NCBI RefSeq assembly: GCF_009914755.1
Contig: NC_060940.1
Length of the DNA: 64,000 nucleotides
Origin: the human T2T-CHM13v2.0 reference genome, Homo sapiens
Direction: 5' to 3' (one strand)
Shown here one piece after another: positions 11,704-24,506 of the stretch; positions within the stretch are counted from its first letter, which is position 1; each line of letters begins with the position of its first letter. A program made the position numbers and the translations under genes. Under the pieces are notes generated by a model that was not told where the DNA came from, searched no databases, and worked only from the letters and a program-made list of their open reading frames with translations.

Positions 11704-13329
11704 CAAGCATGCCTGTGGCTTGTGTGTCTGCAGGCTTGAAAGTGCTTCCTCCCACTGCCTGGCCTCTCCCCATTCCTCGTGCCCACTCCAGGGCAGAGCA
11801 AAGCTGTGGCTGAGCCTAGGCACTGTTGCAGTCTGTGTGTGCACACTCAGGGCAGTGCTGACACATCAGGCCCCTGTTGCCTTGGCTCCCTCAGGACTTT
11901 GGGTGCTGATGAGCATGGGAGAGAGGCTGAGCAGGGGCTTCAAGGCAGCTCTGCCAGGGCCTGCAGGTGTTTCTTGGCATGAATAGCTTGAGTGCCATGG
12001 ACAACGTGTTGATGGCGGTAGGAGGCAGACAGGCTCTGGTGCAGAAAGGGGTGGGTTACTAGAGAAACCCCACTTTCAAGCCAGGGACAACCTGAAGCCT
12101 GAAGGCCAAGCTGTCAGTTCCAGGTGGAGTCCACAGCCTGGAGTGAGAATTTATGGTGCTTTATCTGAGCCTTCCCATGGCCTCCCATGGAACAATCAGA
12201 ATGCACTTCCTCCATTCTGAGCCCGTGAAAACCCTCAGACTCAGCCAGACTCACGCAGACTGTGGGATGGCCTGCCTGCAGAAAGGAGCTAACCACTGCG
12301 GGTCTCTTCTCCACAGAGAACTGGACACTTGTCAAGAGGACCTGCCTGCAGAAAGGAGTTCCCTCTTCTGGTCCCCTGAGAACTGTTCTGTTGTTCAGTA
12401 ATGCTCTTCTCAGCCTTGCTTAACCTTCAGTTGTCCACATACCTCATTCTTCTGGACACAGGACAAGAACTCAAGACGTGCTGAATGGGGGGATTGAAAG
12501 AACTGTAACACAAACAGGGCTGAAACATGCCCACTGCTTGCCATGTTTCAGGCAATGAGAAGGAGAGAAGAGCTGTAGCCTTTTGGACACCCCAGACCTA
12601 GGGGCTCCCCAAGCCAGGGCTGTGACTACTCTCTTGGGGCTCTGAGTTCCTGGCATCTCCAAGCTTCAGGGTGCCACCTTGTTCCCCTTGTCCAGACATA
12701 GGTGCCTGCTGTGGAAGCTGCCGTGCAGTACATCTGGTCCAGCTGCAGCCTCACATGGAGCCGGCACCTGTGTCAGCACCTGGAGCTGCCTGCCCTGCCA
12801 CAGCAGCTGGCATGCCTGGCTGTATGCAGTGGCTGGACCCTGCACTTGCTCGGCCACACACCACTCATCTCTTTGTGCCTGGCCCACCCTTGGTGGATGT
12901 CGGATCCAGGCTGGTAGCATGAGCCAAGTGCAGCCTGCCAGTCTGAGTGGGCAAAATGAGCTCAACAGGTGCAAGCAATACTCAGGCAGAAAGCACCAGT
13001 GGACACAGAGGTTTCCAGCTGATGAAGTGACACACCAAAGATCCTGTGACATTTATTACTAAATAAATAGTATTGCATAGTTTCTTCATGTGATTGTGTG
13101 GTTATGAATCTGTCAGGGAAAAATACATGGCACAGTCTGTGTTATTGATCTTTTATAGACCCTGGTACACATCACTAATCAATGATAGCACTCTGGACAG
13201 CCACTACCAATCAATCAGAATGTGTACTTACATAAAAAACTAATTATATTCATGTAGTTATTTTTACATATATTCCACATATTTCTTTATCTACATCTGT
13301 CTATCTCAAACAAATAGGGAAAATACTAA

Positions 13330-13640
13330 CATTCATTCTTCTCATATTCATTTAAATGTGTCCTTTTCATAGAGGTTTTTTTCGGTGAAGCTATAAAGTC
13401 CCACTCACCAGGAATTATCAAATATGTTACCGTCACCTATTCACATGTCATTTATCACAATTTGAAATTACGATTTGAATTATCGTGATTATGTTTATTT
13501 CCTTGCTTTATTTTTTTGATATCTCAAATGAAAATATAAGCTCTAAGAAAGTCAGAAGTTATCTACCTGGAACTTTTCTATATTCCCAATATAGACAAAA
13601 GTGCTTACTAACTAGTGGCCACTCAATAAATGTTTGTTCA
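13330..13640 (+). mobile_element. L2 3' fragment
   Basis: Ends tagtggccactcaataaatgtttgttcaatg, a typical L2 3' terminus. Confidence 0.55.
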
Positions 13641-13735
13641 ATGTAAGCAGTAAAGTTTATAAGAAAAGGCCCAAGAGCAAGAACAAAAATGAGAGGTGTC
13701 TGATTTCTATACATTAGCTCTTTTTATCTGGAGAA

Positions 13736-14050
13736 AACTCTGTCCAAAATAAATATAATGTGAACTACATATGCACGTTTTAAATTTCTAGCAGACCCAT
13801 CAAAAAATTGAAAAGAAGCAGGTAAAAGTGATTTTAAGAGTATATCTAATCTAATACAATATATTCAAAGTAGTATCATTTCATTATGGTATTGATAATA
13901 AAATAATAAGATATTTTCTTTTTTTTTTGTGCTAAGTTACTGAAATCTGGTGTGTATTTTATACTCACAGCTCATTTCAATATGAACGAGGCACATTTCA
14001 AATGCTTTGTAGCCATAGATGGCTAGTGGCTGCTGCACTGGACATTGTGG
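13736..14050 (-). mobile_element. MER33 hAT-Charlie DNA transposon
   Basis: ctctgtccaaaataaatataatgtgaactacatatg...gaaatctggtgtgtattttatact...gtagccatagatggctagtggctgctgcactggaca. Confidence 0.8.
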
Positions 14051-15002
14051 ATAGAGAATATAGTTTGTGTGGGAGTTTCACGAAAAATAAGCCCAACTGG
14101 TAGGGCTATAATTCGGTAATCATGGCAAGGTGAGATCTGTGGAACAAATTAACAAAAGGAAGATGATTAGCATTGTGTTCAAGGAAAAGTAACATAACGT
14201 ATGTTGAAGTTAGAAGATGGCAAGAAAAATTTGGAATTTGATTGTCATGAAACAAGTAAGAAATAGATACTTGAATTTAAGCAGTGACATAGACTGGGAA
14301 AGGTGGGGTAGATAAATCAGATTCAGTAAATATTCTGAAGTAGACATTTATTCAATGCAACTTCACAAAAACCATCCTATTTTACACCAATAAATATTTC
14401 CAGGTTTCATTTAGAGTGATTTGCTGTGATAATAACAGTTAAGAATTATGAATCTTTTCACTCATAAAAGAAGTCTTTTTACACCTTTACATTACACTCA
14501 GCTGACAGCAAACCTGTCAAAAAGCAAATTGATGGATGAAAGATGAACATAACATTTAAAAACACTGAACCTCTTTATATAAAACTTAGTTGGAGACTTA
14601 AAGTAGAAGTGTCTTTTGAGGCTACATCTTTGTGTTCAACAAAAGACAGAAGAGGCTTTGTTTAAGGGTATAGTGCCCCATCATTTCTGCTCACACAAAG
14701 GCAACAATCCTTAAAGCCCAACTCAGGCCTTGCTTCATCCATGAATACATAAGATTTTTGTGGGCCTATAATGTAGCAGACATAGTGTTAGTTCCCATAA
14801 GTGAAATATCTCACTTGACATATGATCTCATGGAGATCCCAACCACTCTCCAGCTCATTGCATTCTCCAAAGGATTTCGGGGTGTTTACTGTCTTCTTTC
14901 AATCTATTCTTTTTTGCTAAAACAAAATACATTAGTCCATGTTTGCCAAAGGATTAAAAGATACCAGTGTACATGTAAAATACTTAATATATACTATCTT
15001 AT

Positions 15003-15316
15003 TCTTTGTTGTTGTTGTTTGTTTGTTTCATTTGAGACAGGGTCTTGCTCTGTCACCCAGACTGGAGTGCACTGGTACAATCTTGGCTCACTGCAGCCTC
15101 TATCTCTTGGGTTCAAGTGATTCTTGTGCTTCAGCCTCCTGAGTAGCTGAGACTACAGGCATTCACCACCATGCCCAATTAATTTTTGTATTTTTAGTAG
15201 AGATGGGATTTCACCATGTTGGCCAGGATGGTCTTGAACTCCTGACCTCAAGTGATCTTCCTGCCTTGGCCTCCCAAAGTGCTGAGATTACAGGCATGAT
15301 CTACTGTGCCTGGCTG
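15003..15316 (-). mobile_element. Alu (Sz/Jb-like)
   Basis: Full dimer with a (GTT/GTTT)n tail. Confidence 0.93.
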
Positions 15317-15420
15317 TTTAACAACTGTATAATGTAAGCACTATTATTATTCAAATTTTCCAAAGAGGAAACTGAGGCTTAGAGATGTTAAGAAGCTTTT
15401 CAAAGTCAGAAATAAAGTGG
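15317..15420 (-). mobile_element. MIR fragment
   Basis: gaggaaactgaggcttagagatgttaag MIR core. Confidence 0.65.
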
Positions 15421-16532
15421 AGAATAGATAGGAACACCATTGATCTAAAAATTTTAAACAATCATATCAAATATCATTTATCTCAAAAACATTTATTCTC
15501 TTAATAACCTAACCTAAGGGCAACAGCAATGAGAGTTGCAAAAAGGAGACTGTCCATATGTTAGATGCTACTGAAAAATTAAATAAAATGAGAATTGAGA
15601 TCATTTGTTTCAGTTGCATTTCTGGGAGAGGTCAACTTTGGTAACTTCTGAAGCAATATTTCAGATGAGGAATGGGGAAGAGAATGGACAGTCATTGTTG
15701 TGGAGATTGTGATTGAGTAAGGAGTCCTGTAGTAATGCATCCTCCATGGGAAATCCTAAAACCTCTTCCTCTACCTCCTTTCAGTTCCGTAATTTGACTT
15801 CCCTGGGAAGTCGCTGAAGGAGATGTGAGTAATGTAATTGTTATAATTACTATCCAATTTGACCCTGATCTACTAGACAGTTGTAGACCCTCAGAGTGAA
15901 TAGTGACTTTATAAGTATGTAATTCAGCATCCTATCATAAACCTTTAATTTTCTCTGGTATCTTGGGACAAAGCATACAGTTTCATGACGTGAGTTTGTT
16001 AGTTCCTTTAATTTATTTTAATTGTTAAATGAATGCAAAAATATTTCTTAAAATGAAGGCAATATAACTGTTAGGGCTGCTCTGAAATTAGAGTAGACAT
16101 GATATATATTTATAAAGAGAGTTATATGTTTTATTTTTCATATAATATGCAGTGACTTGCCAATATGGTGCATTATTTTTTTTTCTTCTTCTCCCTAAGG
16201 AGTCCTAATAATGGTCTATGTACTCATAAAACAACTCTTTGGTTTTCAGACATCATGGTTATTAACTCTCAGACTTGCTAAAAATAGTTTGAAGTTCTTA
16301 CAAGAAAGAGCTACTTAAAAACTTCTCTCCACTGATATGTTTCTTCTGTGAAAAAGAGAGACTCTCAAATCTTACAGCACCACTGAAGTGTTAAAAGTAT
16401 AATTTCTCATGTCCTTAATTCACCCCCAACTCAAAGTGTGTTTTCTCTCTCAAACCATTCAGAATAATTTCTGTTACCAATTCAGCAGATGCTCTCAATT
16501 TCAGATTCATTTCTTCCATCTAATTGTTTCTC

Positions 16533-16704
16533 TTTTTGTTTAACAGCTTTATTGATGTATAATTGATATATAAAGAATGAAACATATTTAATGTGTACAA
16601 TTTGATGAGTTTGGACATAGGCAAACACCCATGATGCCATTACCACAATCAAGGCAATAGACATACTTCCCAAAGTTTTCTCATGTTTTTGTGTATGTGG
16701 GGTG

Positions 16705-16735
<31 letters not shown>

Positions 16736-16780
16736 ATGTGTAGTTGGAGTACCTAACATGAGACTTGCCCTTTTAATCAT
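16533..16780 (-). mobile_element. L1MB-type 3' end with an internal (TG)n
   Basis: aacagctttattgatgtataattgat...aatgtgtacaatttgatgagtttggacat. Confidence 0.75.
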
Positions 16781-16979
16781 TTCTTATTGGCCATTTGCTT
16801 TCAGTTTGTCCGTGTATTGAGTGGTAATTGAGCAGGCCCATTCTTAATAAGTTGGAGCCATCATCTCCCTCACTGAAGGTACTGGGCTTCAATTAAAACA
16901 AAGAAAATGCAGTGCAGTATGTAAGGGACAGTCAAAAAATGTGTTGTCCAGGCTAACGAGCAATTTTTATTACTGAGGT

Positions 16980-17321
16980 TGCAATGGTCTGAATTCATGT
17001 TGAAATCCTAACCCCGAGATAATTGTATTAGGAAATAGAACCTTTAGGAGGTGAATAGGTCCTGAGAGCAAAGCCCTCATGAATGAGATTAGTGCCCTTA
17101 TAAAAGGGACCCTAGAGAGTTCTCTTCCCACTTCCACAATGTGAAGACACAGTGAAAATATATGCATCTATGAACCAGGAGAGACACTATCATCAGACAC
17201 AGAACTGGCTGGTGCCTTGATGCTTGACTCCCCAGTTCCCAGAGCTATGAGAAATAAATTTTCCTTGTTTATAAGACACTACTGTATTTTTTTATTATAA
17301 TAACTTGAACAAACTACTATA
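16980..17321 (+). mobile_element. MLT1A-type MaLR 5' LTR
   Basis: ccctcatgaatgagattagtgcccttataaaaggg...ctggtgccttgat...gagaaataaatttt. Confidence 0.82.
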
Positions 17322-19069
17322 GAAACTTGGCACTGAGAAGTGGGGATGCTGCCATGATAAATACCTAAAAGGTGGAAGCAGCTTTACAACCAGGGAATGG
17401 GCAGAGACTGGAAAAGTTTTGAGGTGCATGCTGGAAAAAGCCTACACTGCCATAAATGGACCTGTAAGAGTGTTTTTGGTGACAGACCAGAAAGAAAAGA
17501 GGATAACTGAAGACAGAGCCTCAGTCTTCTTAGAGAATATCTAAATAATCCTGAACAGAATGTTGATAGAAATATGGATGGCTAAAGCCAATCGGATGAG
17601 GTCTCAGACAGAAATAAAGAACATGTTATTGGACAATGGAAGAAACACAATTCTTGTTATAAACTGGCAAAAATATGGCTGAATTGTGCTTGTCTTCTGG
17701 TGTTTAATGGAAGGTAGAACTTTTAAGCTGCAAAACTGGATATTTGATTGAGTCAGTTTCTAAGCAAAGGGTTGAAGGAGTGGCCTGGTTTTACTTGACT
17801 GCTCCTCATAAAATCTGAGAAGAGAGAAATGACTTAAAGACAGAATCATTAACTAAAAGAGGCCAGGCATGGTGGCTTACACCTGTACGAATCCCAGCTC
17901 TCTGGGAGGCTGAGGCAAGTGGATCACCTGAGGTCAGGAGTTCAAGAACAGCCTGGCCAACATGGTGAAACCCAATCTCTACTAAAAAATACAAAAAGTA
18001 GCTGGGTGAGGTGGCAAACACCTGTAATACCAGCTACTCAGGGGGCTGAGGATGGAGAATTGCTTGAACTCGGGAGGTGGAGATTACAGTGAGCTGAGAT
18101 CATGCCGCTGTGCTCCAGCCTGGGCGAGTGGCAGAACATAAAGATTAAAAGGAGGCAGAATGTAAAGATTTTGAACATTCTTGTCTATCCATGTTGGAAA
18201 GAATAAGAGAGCCTCTTAACCTTCTCTATTCAGGAGAGAACCAGAAGGATGTGGCCAAATAACCATGTGTTAAGGAGATCAGTCAGCCATCCGAACAGAG
18301 GCCAGGAGCTGTTGTACAAGACAATGAAAGAATGACCCCAAAGGTAATTAAAAATAATCCAAGACTGCCCTTCTTATCCCGAGTCCCAGTGAGCAAGGGG
18401 CCACTGCAGAGGGCCTCCATTAGGGCAAAGTGCAGAGGAGCCTCCATTAGGGCAAAGTGCAGAGGCTGTATGAATGACCCTAGAACAGTAGAGCCACACA
18501 CATGGGAGTCCAGCCATTGAAAAGAGCTGGTTCAAAACCCAGGCACAAAGCTGTAGTTGGTGTGGGACCACCCAAAGAGGCTTCTCAGAGACTTGGGGGC
18601 CCAACCTGGCAATACAGGGGGTATAGGACAATTACTCCAATGTGCGTAAGGTGAGACCTCTGCCCTAGTGGGCATGGAACATACAGAGCCATAGAAGATT
18701 ATTCTCAAGACTTAGGATCTAATGTAATTTGACCTGTTGACTTTCCAGCTTCCTTGGGATCTGTTACTCCTTTCTTCTTCCCTATTTCTGTTATTTTGTA
18801 ATGCGTGTGTCTATTCTGTGCTTTTCCCACCATTGTAGTTCAGAAGTGCATAGTACATTTGATTTCACAGGTGGACAGCTGAAAAGCAGTTTGCCTCAGG
18901 ATGAATCATACTTTGAGTCTTGCCCATATCTGATTTAGATAATGTTCACAGGAGACCTCAGACTTTTGAGATGATGCTAGGATGAATTAAGACTTTGGTA
19001 TTATTGGATTGCAATGCATGCATTTGCAGTTAAGAAGGATGTGAATTTTGGAGGACCACAGGAAGAATT
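17322..19069 (+). mobile_element. MLT1A-int MaLR internal region (contains an Alu)
   Basis: Begins gaaacttggcactgagaagtgggg directly after the LTR; gatgaggtctcaga; purine-rich PPT-like end before the 3' LTR. Confidence 0.78.
17861..18126 (+). mobile_element. AluS(x) lacking a poly-A tail
   Basis: ggccaggcatggtggc...gatcacctgaggtcaggagttc...ctccagcctgggcga, then non-Alu sequence. Confidence 0.92.
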
Positions 19070-19424
19070 TGCAACCCCCCTTACAAATCTATATGTTCAA
19101 ATTCTAACCTCAAGGTAATAATATGAAGAGGTGGTGCCATTAGGAGGCGAGTAGACCATAAAAGTAAAGCCCATATGAATGATTTCAGTGCCCTTATGAA
19201 AGAGGCTGGAGAGAACTCCCTTCCCTCTTTCACCATGTGAGAATATAGTAGAAAGACAGCCATCCATTAACAGGAAGTGGGCCCTCACCAGACACAGATT
19301 CTGCTGGTGCCTTAATCTTGGACTTCCCAGCCTCCAGAACTGTGAGAAATAAATTTCTTTTTTTTATAAGTCACCCCACCCAGTTTGTGGTGTTTTGTTA
19401 TAGCAACCTACATGGACTAAGACA
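19070..19424 (+). mobile_element. MLT1A-type MaLR 3' LTR
   Basis: Homologous to 16980-17321; ends gttatagcaacctacatggactaagaca. Confidence 0.85.
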
Positions 19425-22400
19425 GAGACATACAGACCCTTTGAGTAAGAGCCTGCCCTCTGAATGACGTTAGATGTTGATATTTATGCCAAATCTGGAT
19501 ATATCAATGAACTTATGTAAATGATGGAGTATCATCTTTATATCAAGCAGAATATAATTAATTATCTACTCATATATCTAAGTCTTTGATATTAGTTACG
19601 TTATTATTCAGGACCTTCCTCATATCACTACCCAGACCCTGGAGGGCTTTATATTGCTGCCCCATCATTAACTGGTTTACTAAATGTCTCCCAGCTCTAG
19701 TTACTTCATGTGCAGAAAATACTAACTATGATACCCCTTTCTTGAACTTATTGTGAGATTCAAAAGAAATCCACATATAACCTCTTAGGACTGCAATTTG
19801 GCATATCATCCTAAATATTATCTGCTATCATTTTCATAGCTTTCTGAATTAGATAAAAATATATGAGATGCAAAGGTATAGAAGATATATCATGGCATAC
19901 AATTTAAGGGATATAGTATAAGAAAGAATAGTCATCCTGAATGTAGCAGATCCTGTTTATGCCAATTCCATGTCACTTAAATTATGCATTCTAACTTTTT
20001 TCTTCATGTCTAAATAAAATTGACATTTAGAAAAGCCACAGTGACTTGACACATTGACTTAGAACAACTCTAAATAAATTCTGTTATTGGCAGAGGCATT
20101 TTGACCATTAGCAATAGTTTGGCCATATAAAAAAGACCTATTTTTATGAGTAAGGATTTATTTATATGAAGCCATGATAGGGATCAAATAGAAGCTAATA
20201 TGTGAAGCAAAGTCAGGAAAATTAGCAAATGTAGATATCACTCCTCATATTCTCCCATAGCCAAAGCTAATAAGTGTGTATTTATATAAATTGATCAGAG
20301 CTATTATTACATGCTAGATGGTTATCTTATATGAATTGTGATACTTATGTAATTCAAAAACCCTAATCATAGTTATTAGCAAAACAGTTGCATAAAAATC
20401 AATTAGCCTTTGCACTGTAAGACATTACAAACTAGCGCATTATTTCTGCCTCACAATACATTTATTTCCCAAGCCTATATAAAATATTTTCAGTATACAA
20501 TGGAAGAAACAATATTCCTTCGGGAAAGTTCTGGAGTTGTCTCTGTGAACTTTCCAAGGTCAGGATTATGAGATAGCAAATTCTTGATTCTCTGAATCAT
20601 TACTCGTGTGTTTTCCTAACTTGAACTTACACAGATTTATGCTCATTTTACCATTAAAATGAAAAAAGACAAGACTATATGTATTGTGATTTATAGGACT
20701 TGCATTCTTACCCAGGATGAATACATATCCTTATATTTGAAATCTGAAAAATTAGCAATACTTCTTAAAGTATGGTAAAAAGTACAAAAGATTATTTTTC
20801 AAAGTTATATTTGGGTTGCTTTTCTCTAGCACAGGGAAATATTTCAATCCAACTTCTGAAGACTCCTTATATTTTCTCTGTGTTTTAAAGTTTTTGTAAA
20901 ATATCTTTATCAATTCTGCAATGAAACTGTTGAGATTTAGAACCTCTCTGTCTGTCCTTCTCCCCCTGCGCTTTCTCTCTCTCTCTATCTCTCATAGACA
21001 ATGACTATTCTTTCCCGGGGCAATTTCTATTTGGCAATAAACTCAGAGACATTTCCAAAGTCAAGAAGAATGAGGGGAACTGGGGATTACAAAGTTATAA
21101 AATGCAAGTTGTCTTGTTAAAGCATAAAATGATTGCAGGAAATGTCACTCCAGGGGAACAGTGTCTTGCCACTGATTTTTGCTAATGGAAACATTTGATC
21201 GACTCCAAGGAGAACGTTGCTTCATGATTACTAGGGCAGTGCCATTATTCAAAATCTCAGTCTGATTTTAGCACTAAGGATGCAGTTTTAATGCCCAATG
21301 ATACTGAGTTCTTTTCAGCAATAAGTGACTCTTAAAAGGTTCAGGAATATTGGTTAGAAGAAGTCCTACCCTTAAAGTTTAGATGGCAGGATATGAATCT
21401 TAAATTTTTTGTGAACTTGAAACAATGATTTAACTTTTCTGGGCTTATCAGGATTGTGGAGTTCTCTCCTATTGATCCACCTAGATTTTCTAGTTGCCAT
21501 CTGTCCAACAATTATTCATTGTTGGTTTATTGATTAATTGATTCAGCAAATATTTGTGTAGTGCTTTCCATTATATAAATGAATGCACAGCAGCTGTACC
21601 AAAGTTTTACTACTGACTTTGAGCTTTAGTTTAATTGATGGATCATGAAATTAGCTTCAACATGCTGTCAAGTAACTTGATTTAACCCTAAAGTAGGTAC
21701 TCTAGAGCTCAAGTAGAAAGACATCTTGTTCTTTGCCAAGATTATAGACTTACAGTTCATTAGAATAGTGAGCCTCCTTCTAATAGTTTATAGATTTTTT
21801 TCCTTTTTAAAAGTATATTTTATGTTAACAATTCTATGGTATTTGTTAGCACTTTAATAAAAACTGTGTCCCATTTTTGATGGAAAGCATCTTACCTTAT
21901 TTATTTGGCATACTGGTATTCATTAATTTCCCAACATTTCCTCTAATTTACCAGGTAAAAAGTGCTGTGCAAAGTGCTCAGGAGCAGCATGATATATCCG
22001 ACATGATCTCTCATTTTCTTTTTTTTTAAGCAAGTACTTAGCACCTACTATGTTTTATTCTGGCCCTTGAGAGTCACAGGCTACCTGAGATAAAGTCTAT
22101 ATATTTAGAATCTAACAGTATTAAAAGAGGAGCTAATATGTTAAGGCCAAGTACCATTAATACAAGGAAGAATATCCATTTATAACAGGGGAGCACAAGG
22201 AGTAAAGGAAATTCTTTCAAAATTAAAGAAAAACATTTATTATAAAATTATTTATGTATTTATTTGACATCCCTCACACATTTCAGTCAAATGTAACCAG
22301 TCTAAATAATTGAACATTTATGCAACAAAAAACAGACTATTCTATGTTTCTAAATATGGACCTGTCCTGCAATAGCCTAATAATAATATATTCTAAACTA

Positions 22401-24094
22401 AATAACAGTATCCAGTGTCAATTTATAAATCAAATAAATGAGCATATTTACTGTCAGTTTAGAAAAATATATATATAGCTTTGTTGCTCATTTGCCACAG
22501 GAAAACCACCACAGAATTATTCTATATTTTTAAATTATATTTTATTTGGGTTATAATAAACTACATAGTGACTTAAAGGAATGGAACAGAGGATGTCTTT
22601 GTTTGTTTGTTTTCATATGCTGGACATTAAAGAAATTTCCAAACATAGCCCCAGTGCATCCCAGATGTATTTGCAGATTTCAGGCTCTTATTCATTTATT
22701 TTAAAATGTTGCTTTGAAATCATCGCTAACATTTTTTGAACGCTCATCCTATCCAGAGCTCCCTTTAAGTGTTTCCTAGGTTCCATCTCATTTAATCCTG
22801 ACAATCATTGCATGAGGCTTTTTTTTTTCAGATGAGAAATCTGAGTTAAAGGTTGAGCAACCTCCATAAACCAGAGTTTTGCTGAATTTCACAGTCTGAG
22901 ACATTTCTTCCCTGGCAGATGAGTCACAAGATAATAAGTTGTGGAGGAATTACAAGTCTAAGTTTTTAACCAACTGAAGCTGTTGTACATGTGAAAATTG
23001 AACCAACTACTTTGTAGCCAGATCAGCATATTTCACAGTCACCTCTTTTTTGCTTTCTCTGCAGAATTCCACACATGGTTCTGCTTAATGTTAAGCTACG
23101 CATGGAGACCTGGTTTAATTGTAACAGAAGTGGCACTTTTTCCCCATTACTGCTACTGCAGGAAGAAGTGACTTTATGTTAACTGAAATGCACAACTTAT
23201 GTAGTGTATTATACCTGAATGTTACAAAGTTCTTAAGAAATTGACAGTTTAAGTCCTGTTATTTGACTTATACTGGAATAGTGTAGGAGGTGGATTGTAC
23301 TAAAATTGAGCAAGTGAAAAAATGAGATTAAAAAAAAATGCCCCAAACAGGCAATTTCTCTTTAATTGAACTATATCATGTAATATTGTTTATTTCATTG
23401 CATTATTTTAATTAAAATCAAAAGTGCTGTTACTACCACATGTAGTCCGTTTAGGTAAGTTTTTGTAATATAGTTAGCATGTCATCATATTTAATATTTC
23501 TTAGAAATATGCTTGGTAGAAAAATGGCCACATGGAAATCATTTTATTTTTCTTTGTTCAAATTTGCTGTCACATAATTTTACATCAGCAGTTAATACTG
23601 TTCTAAGCTTGGGAGAAGGCATTAAAACCATTATTTGGAATCTTATTTGAGGATCTGGGTACTAAAAACACATTTGGGTAGGTGTAATCTATTTAAGAAA
23701 ACACAGATCACGTATTCCTCTGAAGCTACTTTTTTTAAAATGTTGAAAATATTAAGAAGTTGGAGATGATAACTAAGAATATTGCTTGCATGCGAATAAC
23801 CTTGGCATTATAAAGTGAAACTAAGTGGATCCAAATAATTTAGTGAATATTTGGACCTCCTATACTAATTTTCTACTTTAAAAATGTCCATATTGAAATT
23901 ATTCAAAGCTGAAAAGAGGACAGTTGCTTGAGCTGAGAAGAGTTATCTACCTATCTAACTAGATGCACATGTAACTTCATATGTGGAAAATTTATAACTA
24001 AAAGTATATAGGCAGTTTTATCATCTTTATCATTCTATTATTATACATTGCTAGTTGAGACATTAAAGATGTTTGATAATCATATTCCTCAGTT

Positions 24095-24169
24095 TTCTTC
24101 TTCTTCTTCTTCTTCTTCTTCTTCTTCTTCTTCTTCTTCTTCTTCTTCTTCTTCTTCTTCTTCTTCTTC
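24095..24169. repeat. Pure (TTC)25 = (GAA)25 trinucleotide repeat, followed by degenerate units to about 24196
   Basis: Direct count: 75 bp uninterrupted. Confidence 0.97.
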
Positions 24170-24506
24170 TTGTTTTTCTTCTTCTTCTTCCTCCTCTTTT
24201 TTTTTTGGTGGGGGTTGAGGTGGAGATAGGGTCTCCCTCTGTCACCCAGGCTGGAGTGCAGTGGCACAATCATGGATCACTGCAGCCTGGAACTCCCAGG
24301 CTCAAATGATCCTGCATCAGCCTCCTGAGGAGCTGGAACTACAGGCAACTGTCACCACACTCAGCTCATTTTTTTTTTCTGTTATTTGTACAGATGTGAC
24401 TTCCATGTGTTGCCCAAGCTGGACTCAAACTCCTGGGCTCAAGTGATCCTCCCCGCTCGGCCTCCCAGAGTGCTGGGATTACAGGCATGAGCCATTATGC
24501 CCAGCT
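24097..24506 (-). mobile_element. AluJ with a GAA-expanded tail
   Basis: Diverged Alu dimer; TSD atattc(c/t)tcagtttt at 24082-24096 and 24507-24521. Confidence 0.92.

Larger units (their letters stand above)
10076..13051 (+). mobile_element. MER52-family (ERV1) solo LTR, interrupted by LTR12C
   Basis: 5' end agatgccagaggtggtccctctggag, 3' end gatcctgtgaca; 4-bp TSD ttta/ttta; colinear with the second copy at 47333-48907. Confidence 0.85.

Noticed and set aside
10024-13062. Dense cluster of overlapping 60-153 aa ORFs
   Set aside because: They lie within GC-rich LTR12C/MER52 sequence where stop codons are rare; no recognisable domain
23998-24309. Poly-K, poly-R and poly-L ORFs
   Set aside because: Reading frames of the (TTC)n repeat plus Alu
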